Shown here: piece by piece, positions 1-14,103 of the stretch
Position numbering within the stretch: position 1 is the stretch's first letter
How the letters are laid out: every line of letters begins with the position of its first letter
NCBI GenBank assembly: GCA_951406725.2
Contig: OX597818.1
Location: forward strand, 117,676,001-117,740,000
Direction of reading: 5' to 3'
Origin: Octopus vulgaris
Taxonomy: Eukaryota
DNA length: 64,000 nucleotides
Position numbers and translations under genes: made by a program
Notes under the pieces: generated by a model
Told to the model about the DNA's origin: nothing
Databases searched by the model: none
Seen by the model: only the letters and a program-made list of their open reading frames with translations

Positions 1-1554
1 TAAGCAAGCTATTCACCACACAGCCATTCCTATGCCACTCCTAAGTTGCAAATTTGTGACAAACTGGTGATGGCATCCATAGTTTAGTTGAAATCTGAGA
101 AGTTATGCTGCACGAAAGGAAACTCTTGACATTTTGTAATTAGTAACTTTACAGCTAACCAGCAGCACCACCACGACCACCACCACCACCACCACCAACA
201 ACAACAGGAAGAACAACAGCAGCAACAACAACAACAACACGGAAAATAAGTATAAACTGAAGGTACCTGATCATGTTAGCGAAGTTACGTAGCCGTGTTT
301 TGGAGTATTTGCCTCACAAACAGAAGATTGTGAGTTCAGTTATCGGATTTAGCTTCACGTTGTGCCAAGATGCTGAAATCCCATCGTGTTGGGGGCTTCA
401 GTAGAAGAAATATCGACAGTCTGCAGATATATTTCTTGCATGTATTATGTGTGTTTGTGTGTGTTAAGTGCTCAAATGACTTAATTTACCACAAAAGAAT
501 AGATTATTCAATAAATGTTTTACAAATTTATGTAAACTGATTGTTTTTATATCACGACTTAATGAATGCCAGAGTTATACGTGAAGTACTTCAAGTTACA
601 TACTGTGACAGATCAGTAATCGGACGGGCTTGCGTAGCGTAACATCCGCCACACGGCAATCACTCATTTTCAGATAACATGGCCAAACTGAAAAGGAATG
701 TGAAAATAAAACGTTGAGAGATACTTTAAGGGAAATGGGGATAACAGCTATGTCCATTTAAGATGTTAGATGAAGAATAATATTCACGTTGAGTGTGTAC
801 ATGGAATAAAAACAAGCCTAGTGAGGGTAGTGAAATGAGAAAAGTCTAGAGAGCGTTAAATTATGCGTCTAAGGTGAATAGTGTAAAGATTCTGATCTCG
901 AAATTAAAAGGTTCGTGTAGTTCTTCGATTTAATAAGAATTTGTGTTCTTTCGGTTGTACAGAGCACGCTTTCATCTGTTAAGGCATGGCCTAAATGTCT
1001 GTCCGGTGTTTCACACGATGACGTATGGTTTATTGCTGTCGTTCAAATATCAGATATAGCTTGCTTGCTTTGCGTTTTACTTTTTCTCTACGTTCTCCAC
1101 AAAAGGCTGGTGTTTGATGTATCTGTATTTAAAGATAATATCTGAAAGTGTATTAGAACAAGTGTAGGTAAAGAATATCTATCATTAGTATATAAAAACT
1201 CGAGATCAGAATTTTTTTACACGACGTATGCATTTCGACAAATTTCTGTTATCGAACTGGACAACTGACCTACTCTTTAGCATCGAAACGTAGTTCAACG
1301 CATGTTAGAATTCCTCCTGTTCACCTTTAGAAAGCCTATATATTCATAGTGTATTTAGACGCTGAAGGAGGCAACAATCATCTGTCAACATAGAGCAATC
1401 ACCACGAAACTCATCACAAACACACACATGAATATATATGTATGTATATGTGTGTGTGTGTGTTTGTGCGTGTATCTGTATGTCTGCATATACCCACACA
1501 TGTATGTATGTTTGTGTAAGTATATATGAATAGATTGATTAACAGACAGATCGA

Positions 1555-1569
1555 TATATATATATATAT

Positions 1570-1617
<48 letters not shown>

Positions 1618-1688
1618 GCAGATAGATAGATGGATAGATAGGCAGATAGATAGATGGATAGATAGGCAGATAGATAGATGGATAGATG

Positions 1689-1728
<40 letters not shown>

Positions 1729-1748
1729 TATAGATAGATAGATAGATA
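1555..1748. repeat. (TA)n/(TAGA)n microsatellite
   Basis: Direct reading of TAGA/GATA arrays; explains ORF 1414..1836. Confidence 0.95.
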
Positions 1749-2095
1749 AAAAAGACAGGTGCATATGTAACTCTAAATCAATGCCAATTACAATATTCAT
1801 TAGTACCACTGACAGTAACCACGGCAACACCAACATTAATAGCCAAAAGTAAATATCTCATTCAGCTTTCTAACTATGAGCCGTTAAACGATGCTGCTTA
1901 TTAGAACTCAGAAAACACTAAAAATTATCACAACACCAACGTCTTTGGTACATGTAAATATTAGAAGGAAAATATATTGAAGTGTAATTAGAGCAAACGT
2001 GGAAGAATTTGTAGTTATGCGAAGACATAACATAGAATCGTAGAAATATACACACATACATGCACACACATATATACAAACATACATATATGCAT

Positions 2096-2480
2096 GTGGA
2101 GGCGCAATGGCCCAGTAGTTAGGGCAGCGGACTCGCGGTCATAGGATCGCGGTTTCGATTCCCAGACCGGGCGTTGTGAGTGTTTATTGAGCGAAAACAC
2201 CTAAAAGCTCCACGAGGCTTCGGTAGGGGATGGTGGTGATCCCTGCTGTACTCTTTCACCACAATTTTCTCTCACTCTTACTTCCTGTTTCTGTTGTACC
2301 TGTACTTCAAGGGGCCGGCCTTGTCACTCTCTGTGTCACGCTGAATATCCTCGAGAACTACGTTAAGGGTACACGTGTCTGTGGAGTGCTCAGTCACTTA
2401 CACGTTAATTTCACGAGCAGGCTGTTCCGTTGATTCGGATCAACCGGAACCCTCGTCGTCGTAACCGACGGAGTGCTTCC
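2096..2480 (+). mobile_element. tRNA-derived SINE, head C + tail X, full length
   Basis: A-box-like TGGCCCAGTAGTTAG and B-box-like GGTTTCGATTCCC; same tail as 2496-2806 and 26529-26850; flanked by ATATATGCAT at 2086-2095 and 2485-2494 (TSD). Confidence 0.85.
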
Positions 2481-2495
2481 ACGTATATATGCATA

Positions 2496-2806
2496 GTGGA
2501 GGTGCGTGGCATAGTGGTTAGGACACTCGACTCACAATCATAAGATAGTGCATTTGATTCCCGGCGACACGTTGTGTCCTTGAGCATGAGTTTATTTCAC
2601 GTTGCCCCAGTCCACTCAGCTGGCAAAAATGAGTTGCACCTGTATTTCAAAGGGCCGGCCTTGTCACACTGAATCTCCCTGAGAACTATGTTAGGGGTAC
2701 ACGTGTTCGTGGATTGCTCAGCCACTTGCACGTTAATTTCACGAGCAAGCTGTTTCTTTGATCGTATCAGCTGGGACCCTCGTCGTCGTAACTGACGGAG
2801 TACTCC
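2496..2806 (+). mobile_element. tRNA-derived SINE with CORE-like body, head D + tail X
   Basis: tRNA-like head, body TTGTGTCCTTGAGCA...CAGTCCACTCAGCTGGCAAAAATGAGT, shared tail; TATATGCATA at 2486-2495 and 2808-2817. Confidence 0.8.
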
Positions 2807-2811
2807 TTATA

Positions 2812-2894
<83 letters not shown>

Positions 2895-2900
2895 TATATG

Positions 2901-2932
<32 letters not shown>

Positions 2933-3285
2933 CATATATAAACACGCACACACATACACACACATATATGTATACATGACGAATCCAATCTGTAAGTGGA
3001 ACAGTAAATATATGCAAGATTTTTCTAAAGTTCCAATGTTTGTGTTAACTACATCCTAAAGATGGATCCTTATATATTTGTAGGAAACCGGCTTCCTCCC
3101 AAATCGAAGATTTATAATAGGTAAAAATAGAAGAAAAAATACACACACACATACATACATACATACATGCATGCATGCATAATCACATAGATATTATCAA
3201 ACAGCGATACGCAAATATATGTATGTACATTTTTAAGTACCTTTTCGCGTAACTGTATTTATACACGTTAACGTGAACCCAGAAA

Positions 3286-3572
3286 TCTTTTCTACTCTAT
3301 GCACAAGGCCCGAAATTTTGGTGTAGGGGGCCAGTCGATTAGATCGACCCCATTACGCAACCGTTACTTAATTTATCGACCCCGAAAGGATGAAAGACAA
3401 AGTGAACCTCAGTGGAAATTGAACTTAGAACGTAGCAACAGACGAAATACATATTTCTTTACGACTCACAAAGGCAAAGGCGACCTCGGCGGAATTTGAA
3501 CTCAGAACGTAGCGCCAAACGAAATACCGCTAAGCATTTCGTCCGTTGAGCTAGCGATTCTGCCAACTCGCC
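3286..3572 (-). mobile_element. SINE family B, composite or partial dimer
   Basis: Reverse complement of the family at 9468-9704 (GACCCCGAAAGGATGAAAG...GGAATTTGAACTCAGAACG). Confidence 0.8.
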
Positions 3573-4156
3573 TTATTATTATTATTATCATTATCATTAT
3601 TATTATTATTATTGTTATTGTTGTTATTATTATTATTATCATCATCATTATTATTATCATAATCATCATCGTTATCTTCATCATCATTATTATTATTATT
3701 GTTATTACTATTACAGGGAGCTAGTTAGCCAGCGGGGACAAAATATAGCTCAAATTCTAATGAACGCCAGACCAATTGTATCTTCGGTAACAACCATTTA
3801 AAACCATTCAGCTTACAGCTCTGATCATCAGCTGTCACGTGACAATCATCGTACCACGTATTTACGTTTTCGTTGACTTTTGATGTTGTTCTGTTATATT
3901 GCAGGTTTTCTGTAATACTTTTAGTATTTAACTCTATCAGCAATATGAGCGAACGCTTGCTTCCCATGTAATTCCCGCATTAATTAAATGAAGACGGAAA
4001 AATCTGCAATTTGGGAGAGTTAGTAGAATCTGTAAAATTTTAGACGAAGTGTATGGCGGTATTATGTTAGTTGTGTCTCTTAAGTTCCTAGTTTAATTCC
4101 CACCAAAGTCGACATTGATATTCAGCTTCCTGGATTTCATTAGCTACAGTCGTAAT

Positions 4157-4443
4157 CGGTGGCGGACTGGTTCTAAAATTATTGGTTGCCAGGAGACTAA
4201 GGGAGCCCACCCGCAACTACAATGCTATCCTTTAATTCTTGTTCTTGTTAAAAGTATTCGTTTCAACTTTCTACGAACATAGCCAGGCTGAAATAATTAA
4301 GGCATTCTTCCAGGAGTGAATAAAAAATTCTCAAAATTCAGGCGACGGACCCCTTAGATACTAACATCCCCATATATGGATTCTAATGGCGCAGGGTCCC
4401 TCTTGTTATCAGACCAACTGGCAACCTGGCCAGTGCACCACTG
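4157..4443. mobile_element. hAT-like MITE
   Basis: Imperfect TIRs CGGTGGCGGACTGG / CCAGTGCACCACTG; 8-bp flanks GTCGTAAT / GTAGTAGT (2 mismatches) fit a decayed 8-bp TSD. Confidence 0.5.
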
Positions 4444-5242
4444 GTAGTAGTCCATTGTAGTAAATATATAACCATCTATTCCCCCAATACATAGCGTAAT
4501 GTCAATGGCAAATAGCTAAGCGGTGTTTTTTGTCCGTCTTTAGGTTTGGAGTTCAAATCCGGCCGAAGTAGTCTTTGCGTTTCATCATTTCGAGGCCGAT
4601 AAAATAAGTACCAGTCGAGTAGTGGAATCAATTAACTCGACTAGGAGAACTGTTAATCTGGTTCATAGAGCTTTATTAAGTGACAGAGTATATTCATTCC
4701 GCAGCCTTTTCACACCACCCTAAAAAGTCAAGCCTGTTGTACCCCACTTTAGGAAAACGTGACGCATGTATAGCTGTATAATTCTAACTTCAAGAACCTG
4801 AATCTTATCAAGTAAAGAGCAGCTATGCATACCACCATGATTAAATGCTGAGGAAATGTAATTTCGACCGTAAGACCGGCTCCGTCGTCTCTCGCTGTGG
4901 CCTTCACCAGTATCTATTGGCAAAGAAAGAGATAAATCACTGAGCATTTGGCTGTCACGCAGTACTCCGTATAATTTATCATCGCATGTTGTAGATTGTG
5001 GTGTGGTGTGGTGTGGTTCTTCAAGAAAGAGAAAATTGCGAATAGTCACAGCATAAAAAACTACCAAATACTAATGAACAAAATATTGTATGAAATTATT
5101 ATATCTTGTATTAGGCAATCAGACTTGTGTTGTTAGATCTTGACTAGACTGGAACAAAAAGAAAAATAAATCATGTAATCAGTGAAGTGCGTCTTTTATT
5201 CTAAAATGTATTATAATGATTTGTTTTAATATCATAACATGT

Positions 5243-5419
5243 GACTACTACTACTACTACTACAACTACTACCAGTCGTCTTTCCTCCTCCGTTTCCTCC
5301 TCTATCTCCTCCTCCTCTCCTCCTTCTCATCATCGCTTTTCCACCTCCCATCCTCCTCCTTCTCTTACTACTACAACTACTACTATCAGTCGTCTTCCTC
5401 CCCTCCTCCTTCTCGTACT

Positions 5420-5472
<53 letters not shown>

Positions 5473-5475
5473 ATA
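5243..5475. repeat. (CTA)n/(CCT)n compound microsatellite
   Basis: Direct reading; source of poly-Y/T/V ORFs. Confidence 0.9.
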
Positions 5476-5871
5476 CAACTACTTTTTTACTGCAACTTTT
5501 TAATTGCCAGATGTCATTCAGGTTCCCGACCTGGAAGTTCAACGAACTTTCATCGCTTAGATATCTTAACTGTCGAATTTTTCAGATTCTTGTAAACCAT
5601 CATGTCCTTACTGATTAAACATCTTTCTCCCTTTCCCCCACCCCCGCTAGGTCAAGCCTGACCAAACACACTTATGACTGACAGAAATCGTCCTAGTTAT
5701 GAGAAACAATTCCTTTTCAAGAGACTCCATAGTTAGTTTGTAACGTGCAACGGAATGGTTAAGACGATGTCATACAAAAAAAAAAATAATCCTGTTATAA
5801 CTTCACGCTGCTACGTTTTACGTAACTAATAAGCAACATTCACGACCCGACCCCCATGGTTCTTTTTATTC

Positions 5872-6506
5872 TTCTTTTATTCTTTTGTGTCTTTCAGTCA
5901 TTTCACTGCGGCCATGCTGGAGCACCGCCTTTAGTCGAACAAGTCGACCACCCAAGACTTCTTCTTTGTAAGCCTAGTATTTATTCTATCGTTCACTTCT
6001 GCCGAACCGATAAGTAATGGGGACGTAAACACACCAACACTGGTTGTCGAGCGAGGTTGGGGGCAAACACGGACGCATAAACATATACATACACACATAC
6101 ATGCATACATATATATATATCTGTGTGAGTAAGTACCTATCCAATATACTGCTGGTAGTGTACCTAATAATCCATACCCAAGTGCTAGTTATTGCGGAGC
6201 AATCTCGCAATTGAGTGTTATATATGGGCGGGGGTAAAGTGGTTTACACTTGAATTATACGGCAAATAAGAAAGTGAAGAGAATACACAATAGATTTTAT
6301 ATCCTCTCCACTTTCTTACTTACCATATATGATATATAATTTCGACTGGCTTCTTTCAGTTTCCGTCTACCAAATCCACTCTCAAGGCTTTGGTCGGACC
6401 AAGGCTATAATAGAAGACACTTGCACCAGGTGTCACATAATGGGACTGAAACCGGAACCATGTGGTTGGTAAGCAAGCTACTTACCCACACAGTCACTCC
6501 TGCGCC
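5872..6506 (-). mobile_element. SINE family A, interrupted in its internal microsatellite by about 230 bp of unrelated sequence
   Basis: 3' half at 5872-6100 and 5' half at 6343-6506 match the reverse complement of 57371-57799. Confidence 0.8.
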
Positions 6507-8061
6507 TGCACAGCCACGTCTACGCCTGCACAGCCACTCCTGTTAAATATCTAATACAACTTCTAAAACATGTCCTCAAATTTGACGTTTCAACAATTAT
6601 GATTTTACTCTGAAAATATTTCGTCTTTGTTTTACAGTCTGTAACCAAAACCCATTCAGAAAAAAAAACTTTTCCTTTCATCTTTTCAGGGTCGTTAAAA
6701 ATAAAATACTAGTTCAAATATTGAGGACGATGGTTTCAGATATCACTTTTACCTCAAAACTGCTAAACTTGTGTCTAACTCAGAAGCATTAATTTTTAGT
6801 TCGAAATATGGGCTCTGTATAATTCTTTACAATTAGTCAATGAAGTTTTAGATTATGCACCGTAAAATACCCGTTTGACACCGTCATTCTTTTGAATTTG
6901 ATCGTTGTACCTCATTCTAAAATGGTATTTCGTATATTTTCTTTATCTTGCGTCGTTCCTCTTAGACAATACACTGCAAAATATGTGCAAAATATCTGGA
7001 ATATTTTCATGGAAATAATTTGAAACAACATAACTTCATATGCTTCTTTTAAGATGTTGGTTTAAAATAAAAAATATTTCCACATTTGCTTCAGTAATCC
7101 TCTACCATATAATTCCATTTGGCAATGACTGTGATCCTTCATTTCGTAGACTCATTTATAGCAGACTTACGGAAAAATCAAATTCTAACTGAAGCAAAAG
7201 CTAAAAAAATATTTCAGATCCATTCAGCTTGCAACGCGAAGAAGTGTGATTTTATTAAAAAGAGAAAAAAGTCCAATGACTTAATAAAACTTCATCAAAT
7301 ATATATATATATATATATGCCTTGCGTAAAATATAACATATGTATATCAGGAAATTCCTCATATACACAACACAGAAAGAGTGTAGAAAACATAGTAAAA
7401 CAACAAAAGACTAAAATGGTAAATACCTACAAACACGCGCGCACACACACACGTAATAAAAATACCAGCACATTAAATATATCTAAAACGGCTTTCTAAA
7501 ATGGAAACTACGTTATTATATAAAAAGAAACTTGCTTCATCAAATCACAGAAAACATTCTGTCATATTCAGAAATATCTATAGAAATATAAAGAAATGAA
7601 ATATATGAGAAACTGCAAACATAAATATCACAGATTTACAGAAATCTGTCTAAGTTTGATCTGCCATTATAGAAACAGTGAAAGAAAAATAATTGAACTA
7701 CGCGAAGCAAAATTACATTACATCTTCATAAATCGTATCATGAGTTGAAAAAGTGTGTCCTTGGCAGTGTAAATTGTTTAGACTGGTGCGATTGGTGTCC
7801 AGTTTGGACATCTAAAGGTGGGAAACTGCAGGAAAAATCATGAACAAGCAGGAAATTGGAAGTCATCTGATTGCTGGTTGCCAGGTGAACATGGCTAAAA
7901 CATTAAAAAACAAGCAAACAGGTGTGTCGAATCATTATGTGTGCGCCGAAAAATCAATTACAAATGTTGTACTGATATTATCGCCATTTTCTGACATATT
8001 CAAAGAAAGCTATAGGCGAACACCAGACAAAAAGGATACCAGCTTTGATATATGATAAACA

Positions 8062-8460
8062 GCCTTAGCACACCGGGCGAAATGCGTAGCCGTATTTCGT
8101 CTGCTGTTACGTTCCGAGTTCAAATTCCGCCGAGGTCAACTTTACCTTTCATCCTTTCGGGGTCAATAAAATAAGTACCAGTTACGCACTGGGTCGATAT
8201 AACCGACTTAATCCGTTTGTCTGTCCTTTTTTGTCCTCTGTGTGTTTAGCCCATTGTGGGTAGTAAAGAAATAGGTATTTCGTCTGCCGTTACGTTTTGA
8301 ATTCAAATTCCGCCGAGGTCGACTTTGCCTTTCATTCTTTCTGGGTCGATAAATTAAGTACCAGTTACGCACTGGTGTCGATGTAATCGACTTAATCCGT
8401 TTGTCTGTCCTTTTTTGTCCTCTCTGTGTTTAGCCCCTTGTGGGTAGTAAAGAAATAGGC
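8062..8460 (+). mobile_element. SINE family B, tandem dimer
   Basis: Two successive bodies joined at AAAGAAATAG|GTATTTCGTC. Confidence 0.85.
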
Positions 8461-9467
8461 TTCTATGATTTTAGGAAGACAAGAGCACCATCAGCATTAA
8501 ATACACTCTCCAGCATTGTCTTATTTATCCGGTGTCTTGCCGGGTGATCATTTTTTATACAATGTTTTTACAATTATCGGTTGAAACATTTGTTATTTCG
8601 ACATTTGTAATGGCGTCTCTCTTACTTCGATTTCTTCTTTTCCTCACTGCATTTTAAAGACGTCTCATTAGTTGTCGAGAGGAAGGTTTCGTTTTATCCA
8701 AATCCAAAGTGTTAATAGTCGAGGTAAAAGTTAAGAAAAAATAATCATTCACAACATTAAAACTACCATTTAATTGTCTTGTACTGGATAAGTCGCAATA
8801 ATTTTACATCTTCGAAAGAGGAAGATGTGGAATATACAACTTCCATGCATTTCTAGCAGTTAACTTAGTGTACAAAAATCAAGTTTCATCTTCAGGTATA
8901 CTTCATCTCCTGTTTTCTGTCTAACCAGTAGATTGAGACTTGCAGCATTCATTCAAAAGCACCATTTAATACAGACACACCTTCCAGAATTTCCTAAATT
9001 TGATTTTATCAGCGATTCTCAGCATGCATTTTCATTTATCAATATTACTGGAAAGCAATGCCACTTCACTCGAGATGGGAATCGAGCGAAAACGGACGAA
9101 ACAATGTTTGAGTATATAAATCATTTCGTAGTTAATGCTTTGCTTGATCGAGCGACCTTTTTCGGTAAATATACATCCTTCCATGCCTGGGATCAATTAG
9201 TTTCATGCAAATGATTCTTTGGATTTGTCAAAAGATCACATAGTTTCAAAAACTATAGTGAATGATGCTCTATTAGCGAAAGGTGGGTTTTCTGTCACAA
9301 ATGTGTAACATTCTAAGAAATGAGAAACATAAAGCAAGTGAACAAAAAACATTGTTACTGGGAAGTTTCGAACATAGAACTCTAGAATAAAACTGCGGGA
9401 GGTCGGTTAAGATAATTGTTTTAACAGAGATTTGAAACGACTTTGTGTCCGCGGTATTCTTTGAGTA

Positions 9468-9704
9468 ATGAAGGCGACGAGCTGGCAGAAACGTTAGCAC
9501 GCCGGGCGAAATGCGTAGCAGTATTTCGTCTGCCGTTACGTTCAGAGTTCAAATTCCGCCGAGGTCGACTTTGCCTTTCATCCTTTCGGGGTCGATAAAT
9601 TAAGTACCAGTTACGCACAGGGGTCGATATAATCGTCTTAATCTGTTTGTCTGTCCTTGTTTGTCCTCTCTGTGTTTGGCCCCTTGTGGGTAGTAAAGAA
9701 ATAT
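9468..9704 (+). mobile_element. SINE family B, full-length monomer with 14-bp TSD
   Basis: Head GGCGACGAGCTGGCAGAAACGTTAG, B-box-like GAGTTCAAATTCC; TSD GTATTCTTTGAGTA at 9454-9467 and 9705-9718. Confidence 0.9.
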
Positions 9705-9964
9705 GTATTCTTTGAGTATACCGCAATTAGGCTTTGTATTTACGAGTGTGAATTAAAATAAACGAAATAGATCCCAATACAATTCAGAAATAAATATCTG
9801 AAACAGTTGATGTAAAATTAATATCCTTTTTTTATCTATGGGCACAAGGTCTGAAATGATCTATAGTTAATATATTGCTGCTAGTTACTGTTTTCCTCAA
9901 ATGGAACATAGATGGGGTTACAGATGAGCAGAAGATATTTCTCTGTTACTTGATATCCACTATT

Positions 9965-10340
9965 CGTTTCTATTCTAGGTACAAGGCCCGAAATTTGGGG
10001 GGAAGGGGCCAATCGATTCGATTGATCCCAGTACGCAAATGGTACTTAATTTATTGACCCCAAAAGGATGAAAGGCAAAGTCGACCTCGACGGAATTTGA
10101 ATTCAGAAAGTAGCGGCAGACGAAATACCTATTTCTTTACTACCCACAATGGACTAAACACAGAGAGGACAAACGGATTAAGTCGATTATATCGACCCCA
10201 TTGCGTAACTGGTACTTATTTAATCGACCCCGAAAGGATGAAAGGCAAAGTCGACCTCGGCGGAATTTGAACTCAGAACGTAACGGCAGACGAAATACCG
10301 TTAAGCATTTCGCCCGGCGTTCTAACGTTTCTGCCAGCTC
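9965..10340 (-). mobile_element. SINE family B dimer (tail 1 then tail 2)
   Basis: Two bodies; flanks CTTGATATCCACTATT / CTTGATATCAGCTATT resemble a TSD. Confidence 0.85.
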
Positions 10341-11289
10341 TTCTTGATATCAGCTATTACAGTGCCCTCTGTTCCTCGGGGCTTGCTGTTCGCATACATC
10401 ATTCACTCAGTCACTTTCAGCTCATTTGTTCCTCCGTACACATTTAGTCTAGTGTAATCACTCCTACCCGGAACATCGAGACTCTAGACACTATTTACAG
10501 CGTCGACTTGAAGCCGTTCAAGGCGAACGTTAACCATAGTTCATTGCACTGATCTGGAAAGACTCAGCGAAGGCTCTAAGCATAAAGAACTTCTCCAAAT
10601 CTAATCAAAAGAAAAATATTATGAGTAAATATATTGACGCCAGCCAAGTCGACGTCAGAATATCTTGGCTTCGTTCACCCACTTCAAATATAAATGCGTA
10701 AATCATAATAATTTGTATTTATTGAATTAACTATAGCACAACTAATAGCATTGTGGTAAATAGCACAGTTACATTTTAACGGAGATTTTGAAACAAACGC
10801 AAATAAACTGTAACAAAATACAAACATTCTACACAAGCACATGTACATATACATATTCCATGTCGGTGACAGTATCATGTAAGAAGTTAAACATGTGTTG
10901 CTGGCTGAACTTTGTTAATTTTATCCTTGAAACACATCTAAATTTCCTAGTGTGTTTTAAAATGCTCTTAGTTCCTTCATAATTTAAATATCTGGAGTCT
11001 TCGGCGACATGTTATCCACATAAGACTGAAATACATAAAAAGACGTACGAGATTATCTGACGCAATGTCATAACGAAATCGTATACTTCTTTGGAAAGAT
11101 TAGGATTAACGTAATTAATATAGTGAGGAACCGCTATAGTTTAATTAATTAAAATTGCAGCTGGGGTGAGAAAAGCGGATAATTAGTATACCAATAAATT
11201 CTGGTTAAGAAAGGCAAGGGAAACTGTTTACAAAGATTCATTAAAACTGAGGCAATTCAGCGGGACTTCTGTCTGATCTTGAGAATCTT

Positions 11290-11702
11290 TTATCTTGTTA
11301 TCATTTGATTATTTGAATTTTTGGACTGTGGCAACACTGGAGAACCCCCATGAAGGGTGTGGTCCTAGAATTCGACCCCAGTACTAACATTTGAAGCACG
11401 GTGATTATACTATCGGTATCTCTTCCGCACTTCTAAATTAATGGGACGTAGTCAAATCAACACCGTTTATAAGGTTGTGGTTAGGGACAAACACAACCAT
11501 AAACACCACCCCGAACACACACACATAGAGATGGATACACACACACACACGCACACACACACACGTACATGATGAGCCCCTTTCAGTTTCCATTGACTAA
11601 ATCCACTCACAAAGATTTATTCGATCCGAGAAAAACACTGGCTGAATCAAAGACCAACTTAGTTAAAAAGCAAGCTTCTTACCACACATCCATGCGTGCA
11701 CC
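11290..11702 (-). mobile_element. SINE family A, diverged
   Basis: Recognisable segments TTTCAGTTTCC...AAATCCACTCACAAAG and CAAGCTTCTTACCACAC. Confidence 0.6.
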
Positions 11703-13029
11703 TAATAGCAAGTTTCGATTTTATTCCACATGAGTGAAGAATACGTTTTGGTATAACGACAGAGAGAAGAGTACTTCATAACTATAGTGTTTTCACAAAC
11801 CTCTACTTTGTCGGTAGGAGTTCCTAGTTTGTATTCTCTACTAGACTAGTGGCCAGCGAAACCGACGAAGTTTTGGTGGGAAAACTGGTAGTATTGGTGT
11901 CGGTGGTGGTAGTAGTAGTGATAGTAGTAGTAATAATAGTAGTGGTGGTGGTGGTTGTGGTAGTAGTAGTAATAGTAGTAGTAGTAGTATTGGTGGCGGT
12001 GGTGGCAGTAGTAGTGATAGCTAGCCTGTTCTAGACGACCTTCGGATCTTCGGCTCATGGATAATATCCTAAAATCTCTGGCGTAAGTCATAGCGCAGAG
12101 ATCCTTTATTGGTTGGAGAAATTCCGCCAGGCAAAACTCTTTGGTGCCCTCATTATTCAGGCAATGTCCTGCTGATAGAGTCACCAGAGTTTCTACAAAA
12201 TGCTAAGCAAAATTTCTTTCGGTTCAGTGCTTTCTGAGTTCAAATATTGCCAAGTTCAACTTGAGGTTTCATTGTCTCGTGCTCGGTAAATTAAAGTAAG
12301 TGTCAAGTACCGTGGTTAATATAATCGACGATCCCTCCTCCCCCTAAAGTTGCTGGAATTGTCCCAAAATTTGAAACCGACAGCAGTAATTACAAAACAA
12401 AGAGGCAACAACAGCAGTAGCAAGAAGATAAGGGAAGATAACAAGAGCAACGACAGAGAAAGCAACGAAAACAGCAGCAGCAGTAGTAGCAGTAGTAGCA
12501 GTAGCAGCAATAGCAAAGATAACTACGGCAGCGTATTAAGTGACAGGGATGTCTTCACAGGCAATATTTTGCCAGAAGGGCAAAGGGAAATTAAAGCAAC
12601 GCATCTCATATTCGCTAAATTACAAGGTGGCACGCCTGGCACAGGCGTCACAATTATGGAAAGTGAATTGAAGAAATGCCCAATTTACAATCCCAGCCGA
12701 GATTTTGGCAGCAACTGCCAGGAAGACGCAACAAACCCGACGCTTAGAAGCAGCAACGCACACAATGATGGAAAGAGCACTGAAAGAATTATTACCAAAT
12801 CCCATAAATGGTCACGGGTAATCAACCTCCGAAAGACCGTAATTGATTAGGAATGCTACAAATACAATCGAACGCTCGCTGTTGGTGTAATTAGGTTTAG
12901 AATTCTCTACTGCTACAGCAACAGCAGTGGTAGTAGTAGTGATGGTAGTAGTGGTAGTGGTGGTAGATGCGGTTCTGGTGGTGGCAGTAGTGCAGGTGGT
13001 AAACATCTAGTAATATTTATATGTTACTA

Positions 13030-13215
13030 AGGCGGCGAGCTGGCAGAAAAGTTAGAAAGCTGGGCGAAATACTTAGGGGGTATTTCGTCTGTCTTTACGT
13101 TCTGAGTTCAAATTCCGCCGAGATCGACTTTGCTTTTTATCATTTCGGGGTTGATAAATCAAGTACCATTTGAGTGCTGGGGTCGATCTAATCGACAGCC
13201 CCTTCCCGCAAAAAT
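13030..13215 (+). mobile_element. SINE family B (tail 2, truncated)
   Basis: GGCGGCGAGCTGGCAG...GAGTTCAAATTCCGCCGAG. Confidence 0.8.
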
Positions 13216-13381
13216 TCGAAAAATACCTTAGTAATGAGAACCCAGGTTCGAAATTTCGCCAAGACACCTGATGAATACTGGAGGGTATATCAGCCGAAAT
13301 GTTGTGTTAACAACAAAAAAGATGTCCGTGAAATATAAATCATGTAAATAATGTACATAATTCCTCATCTCTTAAATATAG
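13216..13381 (+). mobile_element. 3' part of the hammerhead-bearing SINE (no head); decayed HHR at 13263-13308
   Basis: Matches 20266-20426. GACAC-CTGATGA-A-tactg-loop-CAGCC-GAAA-tGTT-GTGTT, with mutations in stems II and III. Confidence 0.75.
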
Positions 13382-13633
13382 TAATGGTAATTTAGTATAT
13401 GTAATAAGACAACAAGCTGACAGAATAGTAATAGTAGTAGTAGTGGTGTTGGTGGTGGTGTTGTTGTTGTAGTGGTGTTGGTGGTGGTAGTTGTAGTAGT
13501 AGTAGTAATGGCAGCATCTTTAACGAAGATGATCTACTAAATATGCCTGCCTGATGCTGAAGTTATTCTTTCGCCAAGATCTAAGTCCAATGATAGTTCA
13601 GCGTTGACCATCCCGCCTTTAAAACAGACAATA

Positions 13634-13863
13634 CGCGGGTGAAGCGGGGTGCTGAAGTGTTACTGGCTTTGAGTACGAGAAAATACAGCAGGAACAATTA
13701 ATTATGGTTTTAATCAATATATTCCCCTCTCAGATTCACACACGTGTTGCAGCCAGCGGTCCTTTATTTTTTTCTAATCCACGTAAACGAACTAGGAAGT
13801 TCGGGCCTCCAACCAGACCTTTTGCGACACCCTTAAAGCCAGGAACTTTTCAGCGCCCCCTTG
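13634..13863. mobile_element. Tc1/mariner-type MITE (about 220 bp)
   Basis: TIR-like GGGGTGCTGAA...TGGCTTT / AAAGCCAGGAACTTTTCAGCGCCCC; homologous to 14104-14452, 14787-14997 and 44246-44462. Confidence 0.7.
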
Positions 13864-13881
13864 TGTGTGTATGCATGTATA

Positions 13882-13926
<45 letters not shown>

Positions 13927-13930
<4 letters not shown>

Positions 13931-14100
13931 AAAAAAAACGTGGTGTACAAAAACAGATGTATTAGTATAACGCTCGGAAGTGTAAAAGTCTTTAACGTTT
14001 CGAGCCTACGCTCTTCTGCAGAAAGGAACACAAAAAGAAACAAGAAAATAAAGAGAGAAAATAGAGAAAATAAAGAATTTGTAGTGGCTATGCCTCGTAG
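13927..14100 (-). mobile_element. (TA)n-adjacent PLE-like repeat with minimal HHR-like motif at 13990-14025
   Basis: Minus strand CTTT-CTGCAGA-A-GAGC-gtag-GCTC-GAAA-CG-TT-AAAG; homologous copies at 21950-22145 and 29247-29437. Confidence 0.65.
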
Positions 14101-14103
14101 GCA

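Noticed and set aside
3052-3095. CTAAAGATGGATCCT...AGGAAACCGG resembling a PLE minimal HHR
   Set aside because: Core mutated and apparent deletion; cannot be folded convincingly.
8933-9460. Possible DNA transposase remnant
   Set aside because: Only a weak VND-like motif, many stops, no TIRs identified.
12350-12850. 166-aa ORF
   Set aside because: Starts in a SINE tail and a trinucleotide tract; no recognisable motif in the rest.
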